IMG/VR virus record: IMGVR_UViG_3300033074_002207
Strand: one strand, 5' to 3'
From: a virus
Taxonomy: Duplodnaviria; Heunggongvirae; Uroviricota; Caudoviricetes
Length of the DNA: 64,000 bases
This document shows, piece after piece, positions 37,641 through 48,021 of this stretch. The position numbers and the translations under genes were made by a program. The notes under the pieces are model-generated. The model ran no database searches, was not told the origin of the DNA, and saw only the letters and a list, made by a program, of their open reading frames with translations. Numbering within the stretch: the stretch's first letter is position 1; every line of letters starts with the position of its first letter.

Positions 37641-38207
37641 ATGACCGGAACACAACATGCCCCCGATTGGCTGGCAGGACGATTGTCAGACAACAACCAC
37701 CCACATAAAATTGCTATTTACCCAGGCAGTTTTGACCCGCCCACATTTGGACACCTTAACTTAATTCAAAGAGCATCAAAAATGTTCGATGAGCTAGTAG
37801 TGGTGGTGAGTTTAAATTCACGAAAGCCATCATTTATATCAATGGAAGACAGGCTTCAACTATTGCGCACCATCACGCAGGATTTATCCAATGTCTTTAT
37901 TGACACAAATATGGGTTTGACAGCAGATTATGCTAAACAAATTGGAGCAACTGCAATCGTGCGCGGAATGCGACCCGCTGGTGATTTTGAACCCGAATAT
38001 ATCCTTGCAATGAGCAACTATGACCTGGCACCCAATATTGAAACGTGCTGGCTTGCCACCGCTCCAATGTATAGCCATATTTCCTCAAGTCTCGTGAGAG
38101 AGGTATATAATCTTGGGAAAAATGCAGAATGGACAAAATGGGTGCCGCTACCTGTGGTAAATCACCTGAGCCGATTGCTAGATAATAACAATGAGAACAG
38201 CCAGTAA
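37641..38207 (+). CDS. coaD: Phosphopantetheine adenylyltransferase
   Basis: YPGSFDPPTFGH, IVRGMR...DFEPE, ISSSLVRE. Confidence 0.93.
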   Translation: MTGTQHAPDWLAGRLSDNNHPHKIAIYPGSFDPPTFGHLNLIQRASKMFDELVVVVSLNSRKPSFISMEDRLQLLRTITQDLSNVFIDTNMGLTADYAKQIGATAIVRGMRPAGDFEPEYILAMSNYDLAPNIETCWLATAPMYSHISSSLVREVYNLGKNAEWTKWVPLPVVNHLSRLLDNNNENSQ

Positions 38208-38745
38208 AGTCACTACGCTTTTTAACTCAGCAGATGAATTTTGTGGATTCTTCCTTGCTGCCGATTTTTGTGCGGAACATGAGTGGGGCATTGACAGAAT
38301 GCAAAGTCAACTCTGTATGAAAAAGGATATTCTTGGTATCCAAGGTCGTGTTATTCGTTCAGCCGCATTGCCAAATATAGCATTGCACAAGACTAGTCGC
38401 GCAACATATCTTTGCGCATCTGGCTGGTTCTCTGACCGATTGGATAGACTGGACAAACTCGATGCTTTGTATCGAACTAAAGAAAGTGCCTTGCCGTTCG
38501 TGGCAGCTTGGAACGGAGAAGATTTTTGTATTGCCGCTTTTCAAAAAGAGGGGAAGGCAATGCTGGAAACACTGATGGCGGCGATTGAACAAGAAGATTG
38601 CGCAGTATTTCTTGGTGGTAAGACAGCAAATCCATTCGATAGGGGTGGGCTAACAATTTGTATTGTTTCTAAAACAGACCAAGAACATATAGATGGCATT
38701 ATGGCATATGATGTCAATATGATGCAAAACACCCAAACCAAATAG
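38191..38745 (+). CDS. Hypothetical protein
   Basis: 184-aa ORF overlapping the coaD stop. Confidence 0.7.
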   Translation: MRTASKVTTLFNSADEFCGFFLAADFCAEHEWGIDRMQSQLCMKKDILGIQGRVIRSAALPNIALHKTSRATYLCASGWFSDRLDRLDKLDALYRTKESALPFVAAWNGEDFCIAAFQKEGKAMLETLMAAIEQEDCAVFLGGKTANPFDRGGLTICIVSKTDQEHIDGIMAYDVNMMQNTQTK

Positions 38746-38968
38746 TTATGCTTTGGTTGCTCTTTCGTTCCATATTTGGTGTCATCTTTGGCACTTTGCG
38801 CTTTGTCATCGTCGGTACAAATCGTGCGCCAAAAACAAAATACGACATTCAACGTAAGAAACGACACTCTTAAACAGTAAAAACAGCAGATTCCTGTATA
38901 TAAATGGTGTGGATTTGGCTGAAAACCTACGATGATATTATTATCCGAATCACATCACAGGAAGTTTT

Positions 38969-41218
38969 ATGAATCTAGACGCAAAGCTACGAGAAGAAAT
39001 AACTAGAAAGAACAACGAGTTGGAAGCTATTAAGCCCATTCTGAAAGAAGAATATCGCGGTATTGACGATGTTATTGATGGAATTATAGAAGCCATTCGT
39101 CCGTTCTATGTGTTTCCCAAATCCTTGAAGCGACCACTGGTGGTAAACCTGTGGGGACTCACTGGTACAGGAAAAACATCAGTCGTCAATCGAATCGTAG
39201 AGTTGCTTAACCTGCAACACAAGTATTGTAAGTTCGACGTAGGCGAGTATGTTCATGCCTCGTCAGAGTACAAGCTGAAGTTCGACCTCTCAGACAAAGT
39301 TGAAAAGTGTGTTGATAAGCACTTAATCCTGGCATTCGATGAGTTCCAGCTAGGACGAACAATCGCAGAGAATGGCTCAGAAATCGACCGCCCATCGCTG
39401 CGACCTATCTGGGATGTTATTGACAGCGGTGTTATCCATCACTTCAATCGGCGCGGAAACAACTGTGCTGAAATTGCAATGAAACTCAAAAAGTGCCTTG
39501 ATTCAGGCGTGGTGGTTGAGGATGGACTTGTCGTTGAGGGAGCAGAAATTTATAATGCAATCTTCCGCAACACCTATCTGCGACCCGTTGACTATAAAAC
39601 TCACCCTAGCTATGAAGAATATATCGCAAAACAAAAGGGTGAAGATACAGACGATGAATCGGTAGACCCCGATGATTCAGATGACGATAACTGGTACGGG
39701 CTGGACAGAGACGATGATTCATACAATCCAGCAGAAGAGTTGTCGGCAACAAAAAGAGCGTTTATGTATCGAACATACTCGAACTCTGCAATTAACCGAC
39801 AGTTGTTTGCTGAACCGTATTTCATCAAATATGAAATCTTCAACGCATTGTTTGGAATCTCGCCAGCATTCTTCGAAGAAATTAATGACTACGAAAGGTG
39901 GAAGCATTCGTTCCGAGATGGTAAGGATGGCGATGCCCTGTATCAACTGGTGATGACCGAGTTTGTACAGAAAACACCGTTGATGAATTCGGAGAATTAT
40001 TCTCAGTCTTTGGTGTTCAATATCGGCAACATTGATGAGGCGTATAATATGACGCACTCGTCAGACCCCGATGCAGATGCCGACCTGTTCCATGAACATT
40101 CAAAGAAAATCACTGTTCCGAAGATGAAAGATGCACTTTCAACACGGTTTAGAATGGAGCAGATTGGACGACTGGGCAACAATCATATTATCTATCCTGC
40201 ACTTAGCAAGAAGACATATGAAGAAATCATCGACAGGTATATCCAACAGAGAGTTGAAGACTTTAGCACTTCATTCGGAATGACATTGGAGCCAGATAGC
40301 ACAATTAAGGATATTCTCTATAAAGAGTCTGTCTTCCCAACACAAGGCGCTAGACCTATCCTGTCTACATTTAATACACTGGTGGATGCGTTTATTGCAA
40401 GACTGGTGAGCGATGTAATCTTCAACAACCCAGACGCCACCCAGGTGTTATGGACATATGTAGAGGGAGATGACCCCCACTTTGTCTTTACTGCCGTGGC
40501 AGAAAACAAATCTGTGGAACTAAAGTATCCGGTTAAGCTTACAATCGAAAATCTAAGAAAGTCAGACTTTAGTGAAGCACAAGCGGCGGTGGCAGTGCAT
40601 GAAGCTGGACACGCAGTAACAGCATTGATTAAACTACAACTGATGCCTAAAGAAGTCAAATCCCGCACCGCGTCGGTGGCAGAAGGTTTTTGCTATACGC
40701 AAATGCCAGATACCAAAACCAAAGACTTGTTCTATGCCGATATCGTCTATTCTCTGGGTGGACTTGAGGCGGAAAAACTCATCTTTGGCGACAACAATAT
40801 GAGCAATGGCGGTGGCTCTGACCTGAGAAGCGCAACAGCTACAGCCGCAGCGATGGTGAAAACATATGGCATGGCAGACCATATGCACCAAATCTCTGTC
40901 CAAGGCTTGAGCCCGAATGCTATCTATAATACGGATTCAAACCAAGAAGCAGAAGATTGGGCTATCAAACTTGTAGAACAAGCACAAGCCGAAGCGAGAC
41001 AAATTCTAGAAGAAAACAAAGCGTTGCTTTTGGAAATCTCACACTACTTGTCAATCTATCCGAGCATCAGCGAAGAGGATTTGAGAAAGATTACCGACAA
41101 GTATAACATTACAGTTAAATCCAAAGATAATTATTATGGCTATAAAGACATGATAAAGGAAACTATGCTGAAAATGGGGCTTGAGTATTCTGAAATACCC
41201 GTGCCGCCCACTAAATAA
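38969..41218 (+). CDS. Clp-type AAA+ ATPase fused to an FtsH-type (M41) metalloprotease, no TM segments
   Basis: GLTGTGKT, FDEFQ, FRMEQIGRL, GARPI; AVHEAGHA, LGGLEAEKLIFG, GGGSDL. Confidence 0.82.
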   Translation: MNLDAKLREEITRKNNELEAIKPILKEEYRGIDDVIDGIIEAIRPFYVFPKSLKRPLVVNLWGLTGTGKTSVVNRIVELLNLQHKYCKFDVGEYVHASSEYKLKFDLSDKVEKCVDKHLILAFDEFQLGRTIAENGSEIDRPSLRPIWDVIDSGVIHHFNRRGNNCAEIAMKLKKCLDSGVVVEDGLVVEGAEIYNAIFRNTYLRPVDYKTHPSYEEYIAKQKGEDTDDESVDPDDSDDDNWYGLDRDDDSYNPAEELSATKRAFMYRTYSNSAINRQLFAEPYFIKYEIFNALFGISPAFFEEINDYERWKHSFRDGKDGDALYQLVMTEFVQKTPLMNSENYSQSLVFNIGNIDEAYNMTHSSDPDADADLFHEHSKKITVPKMKDALSTRFRMEQIGRLGNNHIIYPALSKKTYEEIIDRYIQQRVEDFSTSFGMTLEPDSTIKDILYKESVFPTQGARPILSTFNTLVDAFIARLVSDVIFNNPDATQVLWTYVEGDDPHFVFTAVAENKSVELKYPVKLTIENLRKSDFSEAQAAVAVHEAGHAVTALIKLQLMPKEVKSRTASVAEGFCYTQMPDTKTKDLFYADIVYSLGGLEAEKLIFGDNNMSNGGGSDLRSATATAAAMVKTYGMADHMHQISVQGLSPNAIYNTDSNQEAEDWAIKLVEQAQAEARQILEENKALLLEISHYLSIYPSISEEDLRKITDKYNITVKSKDNYYGYKDMIKETMLKMGLEYSEIPVPPTK

Positions 41219-41231
41219 TAGGAATATCGAC

Positions 41232-41606
41232 ATGAGTTGGCAACAACTAGACGCATTAACTGACGAAGACATTAATGCTGAAATAGCAAAAAGGATTGGA
41301 TGGCAGAAGGTTCGTAAAACTAATACAGGGTTTACAGGCATAAACCCTGTCAACAATACGAAGGAAAACATCCCGCCCTTTACGCTGTGTCCAGAAGCAA
41401 TCAAACTCGCAGAAAACTATGTTGCCAAACATGTCGGTATGGCTTATATCATCTACTTGGGTAAAATCTTAGCCCCGTCTGAAAAGGATGTCTCGTGGGC
41501 GCAAATTCAAAAGGCGTTTGCAGAACCCAAAACAAGAGCCAAAGCGTGCTTAATAGCCTTGCGTGATATTGACAAGCCTGCGAAACCACTCGTTTCTGTA
41601 CGATAA
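41232..41606 (+). CDS. Phage hypothetical protein (ABA-sandwich-like)
   Basis: LTDEDINAEIAKRIGW; C-terminal RAKACLIAL. Confidence 0.65.
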   Translation: MSWQQLDALTDEDINAEIAKRIGWQKVRKTNTGFTGINPVNNTKENIPPFTLCPEAIKLAENYVAKHVGMAYIIYLGKILAPSEKDVSWAQIQKAFAEPKTRAKACLIALRDIDKPAKPLVSVR

Positions 41607-41613
41607 TAAAGAT

Positions 41614-42018
41614 ATGTCGAAACCACGCTGGCGTACATGGGACAGAAATCCAGAACCAACTTTTACCGACTATACATACGTTAGCTATGATGGAGAGCGG
41701 ATAGAAAGTTTCAAGGATTGCCTTGATTATAACCTAACGTCTTTCCTCAACGCAAACAATGTGAAACTCTCAAGCCCACCAACTCCAGAAGAAATTAATA
41801 TGGTGGTGGAAACATATCGGACATTTGAAGAAAGGTGTACCGAAATATCTAAAAATACACGTAGAAAGATAGAGATGCTGGAAGCCTCTCGCAAACAAAA
41901 AATGCTTGACCTTGGCGACGAGTTGGCACAATATCTACAGGAGAAAATCAATGGCAATAGCACCACTAATGGGACACTGCATACACGGCTGGAAGACAAA
42001 ACCGAACAACCACTTTGA
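41614..42018 (+). CDS. Hypothetical protein
   Basis: ORF in the gene run; coiled coil. Confidence 0.6.
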   Translation: MSKPRWRTWDRNPEPTFTDYTYVSYDGERIESFKDCLDYNLTSFLNANNVKLSSPPTPEEINMVVETYRTFEERCTEISKNTRRKIEMLEASRKQKMLDLGDELAQYLQEKINGNSTTNGTLHTRLEDKTEQPL

Positions 42019-42196
42019 AGTAAATGGCAAAAAGATTGAAATTAACTGCCCCTGGTGTGCGGCAGAAGACCGCAAACGAAGAGACGACCGAGAATACGCG
42101 CAACAGGCTGATTTAAATTTGGTTAAAACTAATCTTCTCTATCTACTCGAACATGATAGAGATTTTAGAAATCAAGTGAAGTATCTATTATCATAG
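41906..42196 (+). CDS. Hypothetical protein (start uncertain)
   Basis: CPWC motif; overlaps the upstream ORF. Confidence 0.45.
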   Translation: MTLATSWHNIYRRKSMAIAPLMGHCIHGWKTKPNNHFEVNGKKIEINCPWCAAEDRKRRDDREYAQQADLNLVKTNLLYLLEHDRDFRNQVKYLLS

Positions 42197-42209
42197 GGGA
42201 ATATAAATC

Positions 42210-42605
42210 ATGCCGCAAACGAAGAAAGATAAAAAATATCGTTTCTTTTCTAAGAAGATAGTTAAAAGATTGCGTCAGGCGATAAAAGAATCTGAAGAAG
42301 ACTACGAGTATGTACAAGAAGCGGTTAAATGTCTGGAAGAAATTATCCATGAGCACAATGACAAATTCTTTCTAAAAATAGAAACACGCGGTAGACACTA
42401 TGTCGTTAATTTGGTCAGCAATGTAGGTGTGTTGCGGGCAAATATAGAGTTAATGTATATCGACATGTTGACATTAGAAATCACTTATGATGGAATAGTA
42501 CATATCAGGGGCGGCAGATATGACCTCAAATCGAACGTTATGGAAGCTTTCTTAAAACAAAAGGGTTATCCGCATTACACAGCTATGATACGATTCTTTA
42601 AATGA
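42210..42605 (+). CDS. Hypothetical protein
   Basis: GGGGA RBS; 131 aa. Confidence 0.65.
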   Translation: MPQTKKDKKYRFFSKKIVKRLRQAIKESEEDYEYVQEAVKCLEEIIHEHNDKFFLKIETRGRHYVVNLVSNVGVLRANIELMYIDMLTLEITYDGIVHIRGGRYDLKSNVMEAFLKQKGYPHYTAMIRFFK

Positions 42606-42609
42606 ATTT

Positions 42610-42635
42610 TCCTCAAAACTAGTTTTTGCTGCATA
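42610..42635 (+). promoter_or_regulatory. TCCTCAA-N15-CATA putative promoter
   Basis: Motif, then 7 nt, then ATG 42643. Confidence 0.7.
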
Positions 42636-42642
42636 CACCATC

Positions 42643-43323
42643 ATGCCTCAAACAAAAACACTCGAAAGCCTAAGCGAACACATTGAAAATGTGTACCACG
42701 TTGGGTGGCGTAAAGGCGTTGACGGCGAAGGCTCGGGAGAAATTTGGCGGACGCTAGGAAGTGGATACGATAGCCAGAACCCAGTCGTCAGAAACATCTT
42801 GGAGCAACATCTGAACGCTGTCACCACTGCGGCGGCAAGTGTTTTAATGAACAACCCGCAAGCAACAGACGAAGAGTTGGGACAGGCGATGAAACAAGCC
42901 GCATGTGTCGAGTATACTGCGACGAATAAAGAGCCCCGTTCGTTTGATGAACAAGGAAAAAAGATTTTCCGCGCCATGTTGCCGCTAGAATATACAATCT
43001 ATGGTTGTAGAGAAAAGGTAGATGTGGACATTCCAGACCACCCCGGAGACGAACCAAGCGATAGTTTGTATACATATCGCTGGAATGAAGAAAAGGTACA
43101 GTGGGATAAGTTTCGATACCTTGACTACAACGCAGTATTTGGCGCACATCTTGTTGCCTTTAATCTGGTGATGTCGTCACCCGAACTGATGGAACGATAT
43201 AGCGAAATTTTCACACAAAGCACCGCGAAGGAATTTTCACAAGCTCTTTATCAGGCGTCTTTGGGTGTCACTGATGATGGATGGGAAGCTCTGGCGTCTT
43301 GGATTAAGTATTGCTTGGAGTAA
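42643..43323 (+). CDS. Hypothetical protein
   Basis: 226-aa ORF. Confidence 0.75.
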   Translation: MPQTKTLESLSEHIENVYHVGWRKGVDGEGSGEIWRTLGSGYDSQNPVVRNILEQHLNAVTTAAASVLMNNPQATDEELGQAMKQAACVEYTATNKEPRSFDEQGKKIFRAMLPLEYTIYGCREKVDVDIPDHPGDEPSDSLYTYRWNEEKVQWDKFRYLDYNAVFGAHLVAFNLVMSSPELMERYSEIFTQSTAKEFSQALYQASLGVTDDGWEALASWIKYCLE

Positions 43324-43325
43324 AA

Positions 43326-43351
43326 TCCTCAAAACCAATCCAAGCCAGATA
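43326..43351 (+). promoter_or_regulatory. TCCTCAA-N15-GATA putative promoter
   Basis: Motif, then 7 nt, then ATG 43359. Confidence 0.7.
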
Positions 43352-43358
43352 TACAATC

Positions 43359-44372
43359 ATGGCACAATCTATTTGGGACTCCGCACTCTGGACAAAAGCA
43401 ACCGTCCGATTCAATGTCGAAGTACACCACAATTTGGTGGATTATGGCAACTCAACCAGAGGCTGTGATGCCGTTTGTGCGAACACCATCCGCGATGTCT
43501 ACCTCGTAGACTATGATTCAAGCGCGAAATCCCACTTGGTGGATATGGGGTATTATGATATTATCCCGCTGTCGCCAGAAGAGTTCACCATCCTCTCGCT
43601 TGGAGACACAACCAAACAGCATCCAACAAAAATCATCATGGAACAACACAAGAACACACCAGCGAAAAAGAATTTGACAGAACTGATGAAGGAACTGAAA
43701 TCAGCTATTCCAAATTGGTTCCCGTCATTGATGTACTCGGATTTTACCGAACAATGGTATGTGAGTGCGCCAGAAGTGTACATGAGAGATAACGACCTCA
43801 TGGGCGATGTGACGATTGGCGACCATAAAGATACACCAGAAGAAGCTGTGGAAGCGGCACTTGATGAACTTAAGAAAGCACCTTACTTCTACAATACTCT
43901 GAAAAGCGTTCATGATAGAACAAAGCAGTATCCTGTGCGGTTCTATAAATACAACCAGACAGAACAGAGGTTTCAAGAGATTGAACGACAAGAGGGTTAT
44001 GTCACCGCAGAAGATGTCATTGATACAGAGTTTTGGACAACCGAAGAACTTATCAAAAACCTGGAATCTCGTCTCGATATTCACCCCGGTATTCTTGGCA
44101 CCACTATTCAGCGCGTTATGATGGATAAGAAGGTTCTTTGGAGACACGACCTTACACTACCAGCACACCTTCCGCAGAATAAGGAATGCTATAGCGTTTG
44201 GTGCGTGGCTGTCGGCGCAATCTCTGAACCGAAAACTTTCTTCTATGGCTTCACGATTAAGGAAGCGCTGGATAAAGCTGTTCTTGCCGTTTTAGAATTT
44301 AAAGGGCAACCACCAACGGAAGCGGATAAAATGCGCGAGACGCTTTATGAACTTTCTGTGGGAGACAACTAA
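43359..44372 (+). CDS. Hypothetical multidomain protein
   Basis: Long ORF; start placed at ATG 43359. Confidence 0.75.
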   Translation: MAQSIWDSALWTKATVRFNVEVHHNLVDYGNSTRGCDAVCANTIRDVYLVDYDSSAKSHLVDMGYYDIIPLSPEEFTILSLGDTTKQHPTKIIMEQHKNTPAKKNLTELMKELKSAIPNWFPSLMYSDFTEQWYVSAPEVYMRDNDLMGDVTIGDHKDTPEEAVEAALDELKKAPYFYNTLKSVHDRTKQYPVRFYKYNQTEQRFQEIERQEGYVTAEDVIDTEFWTTEELIKNLESRLDIHPGILGTTIQRVMMDKKVLWRHDLTLPAHLPQNKECYSVWCVAVGAISEPKTFFYGFTIKEALDKAVLAVLEFKGQPPTEADKMRETLYELSVGDN

Positions 44373-45460
44373 TGATTGATATTTATAGCTTCAACCCGAA
44401 TGTTACTCCGTCAGACTTTCAGCCTGACCGTCGCACCATCGCGGGTTTGCGCTCTATTGCATTGTATAAACGATACCTCAAATATCTCCGCGCAGTAGAC
44501 ACGGAAGGGCTGATAGACCAAATCTATAACGCCCCACCACTTGCTCCCGCAATCGTCTTCGATATCCAAGATAAACACGATTCGCATGGACTCCACACCA
44601 CCAATAAACTCGGCGGACTCCCCGACCTGAGAAAACATTGGCTGATGGAATATCGCAAAGATGCCACCGTAAAACATATGGTGGAGCAAATTTGGCCGCG
44701 ACATCCACAAGGCGGATACCTTGAATGCCTCGGAACCGTGCAGTTTACAGCCAAACATATCAGATTCTTACTCGATACCACAAACGAAACATCCGTCTTT
44801 CAAAGCAGACTGATGAGAGAACATCTGATGATTACACCGGGTGTCGCTAAATTGCTCGGAGTAGCAGAATATCTGCCGCCACAAATCGCGTTCTTCGCAC
44901 CGTGGCAACCTATGTTCGATAACCGATTGGATGCATGTATGATTAAAATGGATGCAAACAATACACACGGTATCTCGGAAGACGAATATCTGGATGCACT
45001 CGACCAACTCGGATTGCTCCGCAATTCCTACGACCACTTTAGAAATGAAGAAAGCGACCACTCGCCACTGCAACACTATCCGCTTACTTCGCCTAAAATG
45101 CACTTCGACCTAGACGCATATCACGGCGATTGGTGCGACCATAGACTTGTGCCAGAACCACTGAGAGACGCATTCGACAACCTATGTGATAAAATCATGT
45201 GGGATGACCCGAAAAGCCCGTGGAATGACACAAAATATCAGGGAAGCAAGGCAAGTTTCGGCGGCGCACCGCGAAGCCAACAAGTCGAACGACGATACTT
45301 CGACCTGGACGCGCACGTGAATCCCGTCCGCATGACCCCATTCGTCAACTTCCTGCACCCGGAACACGACATGACTTACCAAATCTATATGCCGCGCCGC
45401 CCAGCAATGGAAACGGCAGACTCGACATTTTATGGTAAACTAGATGCATCTTGCACGTAA
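44372..45460 (+). CDS. Hypothetical protein
   Basis: 362-aa ORF with start/stop overlap. Confidence 0.75.
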   Translation: MIDIYSFNPNVTPSDFQPDRRTIAGLRSIALYKRYLKYLRAVDTEGLIDQIYNAPPLAPAIVFDIQDKHDSHGLHTTNKLGGLPDLRKHWLMEYRKDATVKHMVEQIWPRHPQGGYLECLGTVQFTAKHIRFLLDTTNETSVFQSRLMREHLMITPGVAKLLGVAEYLPPQIAFFAPWQPMFDNRLDACMIKMDANNTHGISEDEYLDALDQLGLLRNSYDHFRNEESDHSPLQHYPLTSPKMHFDLDAYHGDWCDHRLVPEPLRDAFDNLCDKIMWDDPKSPWNDTKYQGSKASFGGAPRSQQVERRYFDLDAHVNPVRMTPFVNFLHPEHDMTYQIYMPRRPAMETADSTFYGKLDASCT

Positions 45461-45472
45461 GAGGAACATGAT

Positions 45473-45688
45473 ATGATTTTCATTGCCAAATGTAACATCG
45501 AAGAACATCCCTATATGAACGATAGCCGTCGCTATACAAAGACACACCTTGTGGAAGCAGACGACGAATCGTCGGCAATTAAAAAGATTGAAAGATTCTA
45601 TCATCTTAAGAACGATGCATATTGTATCGCTTACTCTGTCGATGTTGTGGATATTGACGAAATGATTACGGACGAAACAATTTCATGA
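45473..45688 (+). CDS. Hypothetical protein
   Basis: GAGGA RBS. Confidence 0.6.
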   Translation: MIFIAKCNIEEHPYMNDSRRYTKTHLVEADDESSAIKKIERFYHLKNDAYCIAYSVDVVDIDEMITDETIS

Positions 45689-45960
45689 GCGAACTACACC
45701 CAACAATTCAGAAACAACTCCAACGTGCCTATCAAACAGGCGTTATCACTTTCCGCACTCTGGATAATAAAAGTGTAACCTGCAAAGCTGATGAAATTAA
45801 CGTTCTTGTGTATAACGAAAACACAAAGAATGAACACATTGCGACAGTACATCACACAGACTATCCGGTTAGCTATGCACAACTTAAAAAGCTAAGATGG
45901 TTTTTGAAACAACAAAATTCCCCAAGCAACAAAAGACGGAAATACTACGACTATGAATGA
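45685..45960 (+). CDS. Hypothetical protein
   Basis: ATGA overlap. Confidence 0.6.
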   Translation: MSELHPTIQKQLQRAYQTGVITFRTLDNKSVTCKADEINVLVYNENTKNEHIATVHHTDYPVSYAQLKKLRWFLKQQNSPSNKRRKYYDYE

Positions 45961-46528
45961 AGACTACTTTGTTATCGGATATAATGTTATCCTCACCTTT
46001 ACTGTTGGGGACTTGCCCACTATCACCGATGACGAAAAGGCAACAAAGAAATATCTGAAAGAAAAACTCATGTTCATGATTGCACACGATAAGTACATGA
46101 TTGAACTCTGCTGCAAACAAGACAAAGATAAAGACGACGATTATGCAAAGTTCCATGAAAGAGTCCTGAACGAACATATCAAACTCTACCGATATGTCGT
46201 CAAACACCACACCGTGACAAAGGAAGGCAACATCTACACCATGACACTGCCCTTCGTCGGCAAACTGATGGAAGACCGCCCTCAAGAAACAAGAGACTAT
46301 AACGATGGAGTGTCTATCGAATTTGTATACGACGCGCTCAGGAGTATCGGCATGTGTCACTTGATGCGACTGAAAGTCGATGTATGCAAGAAAGTTTCTT
46401 TCACTAAATATCTTCCTAAAACATTAGAAGAATGGGAAGAGTGGGACAAAGCAGATAAACCAGAATCCGATTACTGGCTCGATAAAGCTGAAAAATTTAG
46501 AATCGTAGCCATCCCAAGAACAACATGA
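45953..46528 (+). CDS. Hypothetical protein
   Basis: 191-aa ORF overlapping its neighbours. Confidence 0.7.
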   Translation: MNEDYFVIGYNVILTFTVGDLPTITDDEKATKKYLKEKLMFMIAHDKYMIELCCKQDKDKDDDYAKFHERVLNEHIKLYRYVVKHHTVTKEGNIYTMTLPFVGKLMEDRPQETRDYNDGVSIEFVYDALRSIGMCHLMRLKVDVCKKVSFTKYLPKTLEEWEEWDKADKPESDYWLDKAEKFRIVAIPRTT

Positions 46529-46851
46529 TTGAAATACTGGAACTCCAAAAAGGAAAGGTGCTGTACTTCGATGAAGACGATACGAACTTCGTCAGCATGA
46601 ACGGAACACCCCATAAAGTAAAGAAGGCAGTCTGCCCGCTTTGCCAACAAATTGGCGTACCATTCGATAACATCTTCCTGCACTCCGTCTTTATCGGGAA
46701 AGACTACGCACCAACACCTAGACATTGGTGCGACCCGAAAACAAAGAAACTCCATTGGGTGAACAAAAAAGAACGACAAAAGGATAAACTTAAAATTAGA
46801 CAAATCGTCGCCGCATATAAAGAACTGAAACATAGGATTTCACATACATGA
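46525..46851 (+). CDS. Hypothetical protein
   Basis: ATGA overlap; CPLC. Confidence 0.6.
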   Translation: MIEILELQKGKVLYFDEDDTNFVSMNGTPHKVKKAVCPLCQQIGVPFDNIFLHSVFIGKDYAPTPRHWCDPKTKKLHWVNKKERQKDKLKIRQIVAAYKELKHRISHT

Positions 46852-47207
46852 AAATTATCAATACACAAAACATGGCGGCAAACGATATCCTCGACTTTAC
46901 CACCGATGAACCGATGTATTGGGATAAACGATTGCCTAGAAATAAAATCCATAAAATGAAATGCCCCTATTGTGGAAGATGGGCGAAAGTAGACGAGTTC
47001 TTTGAGAACTACGACCATCAAGCACTCATCCTCGACAATAACCATTTTGATATCTTCGATACGTGCGCCACACCAATCGAAACGTGTCAGGAAATCCAAA
47101 CCATCCGACGAACAACAGCACTCAACCTGCCCGTGGATGAAACACTCTTCTCAACAGACGCTATCCGTATCGCAAAACTGAGAGGCTTTATCCAAACATC
47201 TGTATAA
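46848..47207 (+). CDS. Hypothetical protein
   Basis: ATGA overlap; CPYCG. Confidence 0.6.
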   Translation: MKIINTQNMAANDILDFTTDEPMYWDKRLPRNKIHKMKCPYCGRWAKVDEFFENYDHQALILDNNHFDIFDTCATPIETCQEIQTIRRTTALNLPVDETLFSTDAIRIAKLRGFIQTSV

Positions 47208-47214
47208 CATTTAC

Positions 47215-47553
47215 ATGTCTAATACAGCCGTCTTCGCTCGCCATACACACCCCGCCGCACAAGGAAGCCACTCCTATAGCCTCGCACTCGTCCAATACGA
47301 CACAGAAGAGCAGCTAGAGGCACTAAAAAGGCTCTTCGGCTTTAGAGGCGAAGGACTGCCAGAACCCATGAAACATAATTATCAATGGTATGGAGGAAAC
47401 CAGTTCGACCTCATCGCTACTTTCCCAACACCACCAACAACACTCGCCCCGCAACAATACTCCGTACAAGAAGATATGAACGCTAATAAATATAGCGTGG
47501 GCGACCATAGATGGGTGGGATACTATACAGCAGAAGAACTCCTCAAAGAATAA
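47215..47553 (+). CDS. Hypothetical protein
   Basis: 112-aa ORF. Confidence 0.65.
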   Translation: MSNTAVFARHTHPAAQGSHSYSLALVQYDTEEQLEALKRLFGFRGEGLPEPMKHNYQWYGGNQFDLIATFPTPPTTLAPQQYSVQEDMNANKYSVGDHRWVGYYTAEELLKE

Positions 47554-47565
47554 ACATGTGCTATA
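47540..47565 (+). promoter_or_regulatory. TCCTCAA-N15-TATA putative promoter overlapping a TGnTATAAT extended -10
   Basis: Motif, then 9 nt, then ATG 47575. Confidence 0.65.
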
Positions 47566-47574
47566 ATATCACAC

Positions 47575-48003
47575 ATGGCAGATATAACAAAACAGCCAAT
47601 CAAATGTAATACGATTGAAGACGTGAGACAAGTGCTGAAAGATATCAGCTATAAAGATAATGTTCAAATTCATGTCGAACATTTCAAACTTAAGAACGAA
47701 TGGCGTCTTAAACTAAGGGTTGTAGAAAAATGCAACTATACAGATTCCAATATCACCCTGAATGTAGAATTAAATAATAGACACCCGCTGCCTTGCAAAT
47801 CTTCCGCTGTCATCAAAGTCGCAATGGAGCTTATTCTATGGTGGGAATGCCATGAAGCATTTGAGAAATTTAAATATCATGGAGAAATGGTGCTCGACCC
47901 ACACGAAAAACGATACGCCACACCAATGAGGGAAAGTGTCTTCAACAGTATGACTGCCGCACCAGTCTTTGATTCTGTCAAATATCTCATAGGCAATTCC
48001 TAA
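47575..48003 (+). CDS. Hypothetical protein
   Basis: 142 aa; ECHEAFEKFKY...DPH. Confidence 0.7.
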   Translation: MADITKQPIKCNTIEDVRQVLKDISYKDNVQIHVEHFKLKNEWRLKLRVVEKCNYTDSNITLNVELNNRHPLPCKSSAVIKVAMELILWWECHEAFEKFKYHGEMVLDPHEKRYATPMRESVFNSMTAAPVFDSVKYLIGNS

Positions 48004-48021
48004 CAACAAAATACTGTATAA

